Positions 59,205 to 64,000 of a stretch of 64,000 nucleotides of DNA are shown here, piece by piece. The position numbers and the translations under genes are program-made. A model generated the notes under the pieces. That model did no database searches, was not told the DNA's origin, and saw nothing but the letters and a program-made list of their open reading frames with translations. How positions within the stretch are numbered: the first letter of the stretch is position 1; every line of letters starts with the position of its first letter. This DNA comes from Treponemataceae bacterium (GTDB taxonomy: Bacteria > Spirochaetota > Spirochaetia > Treponematales > Rectinemataceae): positions 640,001 through 704,000 of the forward strand of contig CAXXVZ010000003.1 of the NCBI GenBank assembly GCA_963678065.2. The letters are read 5' to 3'.

Positions 59205-60716
59205 CTACTCCTTGGGATTCACGATGTCCAATTCTTTTACCAGACGGGACAGATAGGTTCTCTGAATGTCGAGGATCCGGGCCGTTTCGGTCTGGTTCCA
59301 CCGATGCGCCTCGAGGGCTGCGGAAATGAAATGCCGCTTGAACGTGGTCAACGCGTCTTTAAGGGTTTTTCCCTTGAAGTCACCCTGGCCGCTGGACGCT
59401 TTTCCGAGCATGAGATCGCCCGAGTCGATCCAGGAATCCTTCGAGATTACCACGGCGCGTTCAATGGCGTTTTCCAGTTCGCGAATGTTGCCCGGCCACG
59501 AGTAAGAGAGCATGAGCTCGATGGCCGAATCCGTGAAACCGGAGAAGCGCTTGTTCGTCTCGCGCGAGAACCGCCTGAGAAAATGCTCGGCGAGGGCTGC
59601 GATGTCTTCCTGCCTCTGCCGTAAAGGCGGCACGAGTATGGGAAGGACGTTGAGCCGGTAATAGAGGTCTGAGCGGAACTCTCCTTTGTCGACGAGTCCC
59701 TCGATGTCGCGGTTGGTGGCGGCCACGATGCGCACGTCCACAGTCAGCGAATCGCTCGAGCCGACCCTCTCGAAGGTCTTCTGCTGCAGGACTCTGAGGA
59801 GCTTCGACTGTAACCTGAGGGGAACTTCGCCGATTTCGTCGAGGAAGATGGTCCCGCCGTCCGCCATCTCGAAGCGTCCTTTGCGATCCTGCACAGCGTC
59901 CGTAAAAGCTCCCCGCACGTGCCCGAAAAGCTCGCTCTCGAGAAGGCCTTCCGGCAAGGCCGCACAATTTACTCGCACAAAGGAGCGCTCGGCCCGGTTC
60001 GAGCCGAGGTGTATCCGCTCGGCGAAAAGCTCCTTCCCTACCCCGCTTTCGCCGAGGATGAGGACGGAGGATTCGGTTCTCGCGATGCGGTCGACGAGGT
60101 CAAGTTTTTCCAGGATTGAAGGAGAGCGCGCCACGAGTGTGTGCCAACCCTTTTTTTCCTGGACCTGATTCCGCAGAAAGGATAACTCTTCCTGGGCTTT
60201 CTCGAAGTAGCGGGCGTTCTCTATGGCGATGGCCGCCTGCACCGAAAACACCTCGAGCCACTGGAGGTCCTCGTCGGTGAAGTATTTTTTGTCGTGTTTG
60301 TTGATTATTTCGATGACACCGACCGTGGCGTCGCGGACGCGCATGGGCACGGCGAGTATCGACCATGTCGGGAAACCGATGGAGGCAGAAATGCCTGAGT
60401 TGAACCGTGCGTCATTCTCAACATCGTTGACGATGAGCGAACGCCCGTGTTCGATGGCCCAGCCCGCGATGCCCTCTCCGGGGTTGAGAAGATACTTCTT
60501 GACGTCCCGGCCTTTGGGGCCGATGGCGATCTCGAAACGGAGCTTGCCGGAGGCCTGATCCTTCAACACGAGGGAAGCGGCCTCCCCTTCTACCAGTCTT
60601 GTTGCCGATTCAAGGATATGCGTCAGCAGCGATGTGGCGTCACCATAGTTCGAATTTATCAGCGCACTGATTTCGAGCAGTGTCCCGAATTTTACGGGGT
60701 CTATGGTTCCAAACAT
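59205..60716 (-). CDS. GAF-domain sigma54-dependent activator (NifA/FhlA-like)
   Basis: GAF domain, GESGVGKE, ESELFGH..GAFTDA, FLDEIG, WPGNIREL and a Fis-type HTH. Confidence 0.93.
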   Translation of the reverse strand: MFGTIDPVKFGTLLEISALINSNYGDATSLLTHILESATRLVEGEAASLVLKDQASGKLRFEIAIGPKGRDVKKYLLNPGEGIAGWAIEHGRSLIVNDVENDARFNSGISASIGFPTWSILAVPMRVRDATVGVIEIINKHDKKYFTDEDLQWLEVFSVQAAIAIENARYFEKAQEELSFLRNQVQEKKGWHTLVARSPSILEKLDLVDRIARTESSVLILGESGVGKELFAERIHLGSNRAERSFVRVNCAALPEGLLESELFGHVRGAFTDAVQDRKGRFEMADGGTIFLDEIGEVPLRLQSKLLRVLQQKTFERVGSSDSLTVDVRIVAATNRDIEGLVDKGEFRSDLYYRLNVLPILVPPLRQRQEDIAALAEHFLRRFSRETNKRFSGFTDSAIELMLSYSWPGNIRELENAIERAVVISKDSWIDSGDLMLGKASSGQGDFKGKTLKDALTTFKRHFISAALEAHRWNQTETARILDIQRTYLSRLVKELDIVNPKE

Positions 60717-60749
60717 CGCAGCTGACGCCTTGTCTAGACGCAAAAGCGT

Positions 60750-62477
60750 CTAGACATTCTTCTTGCCGCCGTCCCTCTGTTTGAGAAGGTCGCCGAGCGT
60801 GTAGCCGTCAGAACTGTCGTCCTGCATGAAGCGGGACATCTCTTCCCTTTGCTGGCGGTGTACGAGATCGCGGATGGAGAGACCGAGCTTCTGCCTGTCG
60901 GGGCTGAGTTCGACCACCGTCGCCTTGACTGCCATGCCCGCCTGGAAGCGCTTGAGCGCGTCGTCGTAGAGCTCGTCCTTGTTTTCGGAGAGATCCTGCT
61001 TCTTGATGAGTCCCTCGATCTCGCCCTGCACCTTCACGAAGACGCCGAAATCGGTGACGGAGGTGACCACGCCTTCGACGATCGAGCCCATGCGGAAAGC
61101 TTTGGCGAAGGAGCGCCAGGGATCCTCGGAGAGCTGTTTGATGCCGAGCCTGATGTTCCTGTCCGCGGGATCGCTCTCGATGACCATGACTTCGACTTCC
61201 TGCCCGACCTCGAACTCGGAGGCCACATTCTTGATCTTTTTGGTCCAGGAGATATCGTCGACATGGAGGAACCCGTCTATGCCCTCTTCCAGCTCGACAA
61301 AGGCGCCCGCTGCAGTGATCTTGACGATCTTGCGGGTCAGCCTCATGCCGAAGGGATAGCGTTCGGAGACGTTGTCCCATGGATTCTGCTGTATCTGCTT
61401 GAGGCCGAGGGAAACCTTGCCGGCTTGGAGGTCGTAGTTGAGGATCATGCAGTCCACAAGGTCGCCGGGATGGAGCATCTCTTCCGGCTTGCGGAGTTTG
61501 CGCACCCAAGAGAACTCGGAGATGTGTGCGAGGCCCTCGATGCCCTCTTCCACCTCGATGAAGGCGCCATAGTCGGTGAGCTTGGTGACCTTGCCCTTGA
61601 CGATGTCGCCGACATGGTAGCGCTCTTCGAAGGTGAACCAGGGATCAGGGGTGAAATGCTTGAGGGAGAGGTTGATCCGGCGCTCTTCAGGCTCCATGCG
61701 GATGACTTTGAGCTCGATCTCCTGCCCTTTCTTCACGAAATCCTTGGGCCGGGTGACGTGGCCCCAGCTCATGTCGTTGATGTGGAGCAGTCCATCGAAG
61801 CCACCGAGATCGATGAAGGCGCCGAAGCTGGTGAAGCTCTTGACCTCGCCCTTGACGGTGTCGCCGATCTGGATGTTGCCGAAGAAGGCTTCGCGGCGCT
61901 TGTCGATATCCTCTTCCATCCATTTACGGCGGTTGAGGACGATGTTTACTTTCTTCTCGGAGTACAGGCGCTCAAGATAGAACATGGTCTTGAGTCCGAT
62001 GAGCTTGTCGCCTTTCTCTATTCTCTGGACATCGGCCTTGGAAGCGGGAAGGAAGCCTTTCAGTCCGTGTCCGAGATCGACTTCGAAACCACCTTTTATC
62101 TCCTTCTCGATTGTGCCTTCCACAGGAAGGTGATCCTTGAAGGAGTTGGCGATCATTTTCCAGTACATCTTTTCGTCGGCCCGTTTCTTGGACACGACGA
62201 TGTCGCCGGAATGAGTCTCTTTCTTGACGAGGATGACGCTGACGGTATCTCCAACCTTGGGCGCCACTTCGCCGAACTCGGCCATGGGGATCTTGCCTTC
62301 GGACTTGTATCCGATGTCGACGAAAACAAAATCACCGGTCACTTGGATGACGTGACCTTCTATAAGGTCGCCCTCCTCCAGGCCCTCAAGGCTCTTGAGG
62401 TACTGCTCCTGCAATTGTGTCTGGAATTCGTCCCGGGAGGGTGCGGCGGCTTCCATTTCCACTTCCTTAATGCCCAT
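60750..62477 (-). CDS. rpsA: 30S ribosomal protein S1
   Basis: Six S1 repeats (FGAFIDLGGFDGLLHI, YGAFIEVEEGIEGLAHISE). Follows cmk. Confidence 0.97.
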   Translation of the reverse strand: MGIKEVEMEAAAPSRDEFQTQLQEQYLKSLEGLEEGDLIEGHVIQVTGDFVFVDIGYKSEGKIPMAEFGEVAPKVGDTVSVILVKKETHSGDIVVSKKRADEKMYWKMIANSFKDHLPVEGTIEKEIKGGFEVDLGHGLKGFLPASKADVQRIEKGDKLIGLKTMFYLERLYSEKKVNIVLNRRKWMEEDIDKRREAFFGNIQIGDTVKGEVKSFTSFGAFIDLGGFDGLLHINDMSWGHVTRPKDFVKKGQEIELKVIRMEPEERRINLSLKHFTPDPWFTFEERYHVGDIVKGKVTKLTDYGAFIEVEEGIEGLAHISEFSWVRKLRKPEEMLHPGDLVDCMILNYDLQAGKVSLGLKQIQQNPWDNVSERYPFGMRLTRKIVKITAAGAFVELEEGIDGFLHVDDISWTKKIKNVASEFEVGQEVEVMVIESDPADRNIRLGIKQLSEDPWRSFAKAFRMGSIVEGVVTSVTDFGVFVKVQGEIEGLIKKQDLSENKDELYDDALKRFQAGMAVKATVVELSPDRQKLGLSIRDLVHRQQREEMSRFMQDDSSDGYTLGDLLKQRDGGKKNV

Positions 62478-63120
62478 ATAATTCCCTTTGATGAAGAATT
62501 TTCCTGTATACTTTCTCATAAACTTGACCCATGGTCAAGTCTGAGCTGTCCAAATATTCCGCATCCGCGGCAATTTTGAGCGGTCCGACGGATTTGCTCC
62601 GGTCGATTTCATCCCGCATCGCGATATTCGCGACTATTTTTGCATAATCGTCGCCGCTCGTCCCCTGGGAAAGACGCCGTCTCGCGCGCGCGCCGATGCT
62701 GGCGTCGAGGAAAAACTTGACTTCGGCATCGGGAAAAACGACGGTCGTCATGTCCCGACCTTCCGCGACCACGTCCCCCCGTCCCGCTATCTGCCTGACA
62801 TGGATGTTCACCACTTCGCGCAAGGCGGGGATGGCCGAGACCTGGGCCACACGTGCGTCGACCTCGGCTGAATGGAGCTTGTCCTCAACGTCGACGCCAT
62901 CCAGAAAGAGACGCTGCCCGCGGTACTGTATGTCCGCGCCAGCGGCGCAGGCAGTCATGGCTGCAGTGTCGGAGAGTCCGATACCGCAGAGGATACCCCG
63001 CAGGGTCATCGCCCTGTAGAGGTTCCCGGAATTGACGTACACGAAGCCGAGGGTTTCGGCCACCATCTTCGCGATCGAGGACTTGCCCGATCCGGCCGGA
63101 CCATCTATGGCGACGACCAT
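62467..63120 (-). CDS. cmk: Cytidylate kinase
   Basis: VAIDGPAGSGKS, SGNLYRA and EGRDMTTVVFPDA motifs. Confidence 0.96.
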   Translation of the reverse strand: MVVAIDGPAGSGKSSIAKMVAETLGFVYVNSGNLYRAMTLRGILCGIGLSDTAAMTACAAGADIQYRGQRLFLDGVDVEDKLHSAEVDARVAQVSAIPALREVVNIHVRQIAGRGDVVAEGRDMTTVVFPDAEVKFFLDASIGARARRRLSQGTSGDDYAKIVANIAMRDEIDRSKSVGPLKIAADAEYLDSSDLTMGQVYEKVYRKILHQRELYGH

Positions 63121-63122
63121 GC

Positions 63123-63902
63123 TCACCCCCTGTCCCTGAGGGCTTCCGCCCTGAGTCTTTCGACCTCGAAGGGCGTAAGATCGCGGAAGGTCCCCACGGG
63201 AAGCCCGGCGACGGTCAGAAAACCTATCCTGATGCGACACAGCGAGAGGGCCCGGAGCCCGAATGCCTCGAGGACACGCCGGATTTCCCTGTTCCTTCCT
63301 TCCACGAGGACGACGCTGGCTGTGGTCGGACCAGTCGGCTCGACCCTGAGCGCCCGGTAGCGCTGCCCTTCGATGACGATGCCGCTCCGGAAGCGGGTGG
63401 CGAAATCGCGGGGAAGAGGGAGATCGGCGACGACTTCGTACTCCTTTTCGATCCTGCCCGAGGGATGACCGAGGAGGGCTGCGAAATCGCCATCGTTAGT
63501 GAAGAGGATGAGTCCGGAAGACCACTGGTCGAGCCTTCCGATGTTGTACACCCGCTCGGTCACCGCGTCCGGCAGCAAATCGACGGCGAGGGGCCGGCCT
63601 TCCGGATCCGACATGGAACAGAGATAGCCGGCAGGCTTGTGCAGAAGGATATAGCGCAGCCTCTCCTGTATCCGCACACGGTTCCCGTCGAGACAGACCT
63701 CGTCGGAGGCCTCCACCTTGGTTCCCAGCACCGAAACGACCGCGCCGTTGACGGATACGCGTCCAGCCGTGATGAGTTCCTCCGAGGCTCTGCGGGAGGC
63801 TACTCCAGCCCGGGCTAGGAAGAGCTGGAGACGCATGGGACCTCTGCCGGAACCGCCGGAGTCGGGGGCCGGTCCGGGACTCGGTGATTTATTGTTCATC
63901 AT
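63123..63902 (-). CDS. rluB: rRNA pseudouridine synthase (RluB/RsuA family)
   Basis: S4 domain RLQLFLARAGVASRR, HKPAG, IGRLD and EGRNREIRR. Follows scpB. Confidence 0.88.
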   Translation of the reverse strand: MMNNKSPSPGPAPDSGGSGRGPMRLQLFLARAGVASRRASEELITAGRVSVNGAVVSVLGTKVEASDEVCLDGNRVRIQERLRYILLHKPAGYLCSMSDPEGRPLAVDLLPDAVTERVYNIGRLDQWSSGLILFTNDGDFAALLGHPSGRIEKEYEVVADLPLPRDFATRFRSGIVIEGQRYRALRVEPTGPTTASVVLVEGRNREIRRVLEAFGLRALSLCRIRIGFLTVAGLPVGTFRDLTPFEVERLRAEALRDRG

Positions 63903-64000
63903 CTGATCTGAACCTCTCTCGTTCCAGTTCATTCAATTTCGGAAGGTCGGCTATGGATCCCAGCCGGAAATACTTGAGGAATTCCTTGGTTGTTCCGTAT
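63889..64000 (-). CDS. scpB: SMC-Scp complex subunit ScpB, 3' end only
   Basis: Manual translation YGTTKEFLKYFRLGSIADLPKLNELERERFRSDDEQ* matches the ScpB C-terminal motif. Confidence 0.85.
   Translation of the reverse strand, partial: YGTTKEFLKYFRLGSIADLPKLNELERERFRSDDEQ

Overview
This is a chromosomal segment of a GC-rich, anaerobic spirochaete (Treponema/Rectinema-like), judged from the order mltG-dnaG-rpoD-Zn ribbon-rnpB-TPR-mreBCD-pbp2-rodA and scpB-rluB-cmk-rpsA. From left to right it holds: an AT-richer sugar-utilisation island (class II aldolase-like, ABC transporter, GH27/36-like, GH127, LacI); a four-gene, translationally coupled operon in which a membrane protein ending in a (C-[Y/H]-x-A)8-C repeat sits directly before an RRE/PqqD-like radical SAM/SPASM enzyme; GT4, ferredoxin and a polysaccharide deacetylase; LacI-araB-araA with a paired operator; carA-carB-crcB with a possible leader-peptide switch; Mo-hydroxylase subunits; TrpB2 and a nitrilase; an hfs-like [FeFe]-hydrogenase sensing/catalytic operon; tRNA-Thr and tRNA-Tyr; and core genes including an unusually long RNase P RNA. 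A 28-bp dif-like Xer site at 57513-57540 lies where gene orientation converges, suggesting the replication terminus. The radical SAM operon is the best candidate for an undescribed system. No CRISPR array, transposase or integrase was seen. All calls come from reading motifs by eye; no database searches were run.
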